DNA of 64,000 nt from Macrostomum lignano (taxonomy: Eukaryota), in contig NIVC01001270.1 in assembly GCA_002269645.1 (NCBI GenBank), forward strand, positions 62,001-126,000, given 5' to 3'. The position numbers were made by a program, and so were the translations under genes. Below are positions 63,661-64,000 of the stretch, piece by piece; positions within the stretch are counted from its first letter, which is position 1, and each line of letters opens with the position of its first letter. The notes beneath the pieces were generated by a model that was not told the origin of the DNA, searched no databases, and saw only the letters and a program-made list of their open reading frames with translations.

Positions 63661-64000
63661 TTTTTAGTTTCACTTCAGTCTGCATCAGTCTAACAACCAA
63701 GGAAATATGCATTTCTTAGGCCATTTAAAATTTAAAGTACTTCTAAAAGAAACTTTAAATTTCTATGGTGTGAATAATTTAGTAGGGTTTTGTTGCATTC
63801 CATCGCCTTTTCATAAATCTTTCACTTTTACAAATGCAAACCATGCTGGATTGCCTTGATTTGCCAATTGCCATCCACTGTTAAACTGCTACAGAGTTTG
63901 CCAATACAGAGGGCAGTGGTTAGAATTTCTCACTTAACTGTCATGGCTAAATGTAGCCTCTACACGGGGGTGCAGAGAAGGCTATAAATAAAGTTATTCC

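Overview
Eukaryotic (animal) genomic DNA. GC-rich exons, Ala/Gln/Pro-rich proteins and minisatellite-packed introns suggest a free-living flatworm such as Macrostomum; this is inference only. I reconstructed eight host genes by hand from splice signals: D2HGDH (3' part), an ABIN/TNIP-like UBAN protein with a C-terminal NZF finger, GPATCH1, a KChIP-type calcium sensor, an orphan acidic disordered protein, SF1/BBP, a divergent TNF/C1q-fold type II membrane protein that needs a GC-AG intron, and a neuromedin U/PRXamide-like GPCR. Mobile DNA is abundant. It includes an intact Mag-clade Ty3/Gypsy element with an intact DD30E IS630-Tc1-type transposon nested in its 5' LTR, a deleted relative of that transposon carrying a solo LTR, a 5'-truncated LINE inside a satellite, two tRNA-headed SINE families and several MITEs. 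The most unusual observation is a 279-bp TIR element with an 8-bp TSD. It carries a 71-nt 28S rRNA fragment whose changes are concentrated at the R2/I-PpoI target site. Most long ORFs in the supplied track are artefacts of tandem repeats. All alignments and counts were done by eye; no database searches were run.
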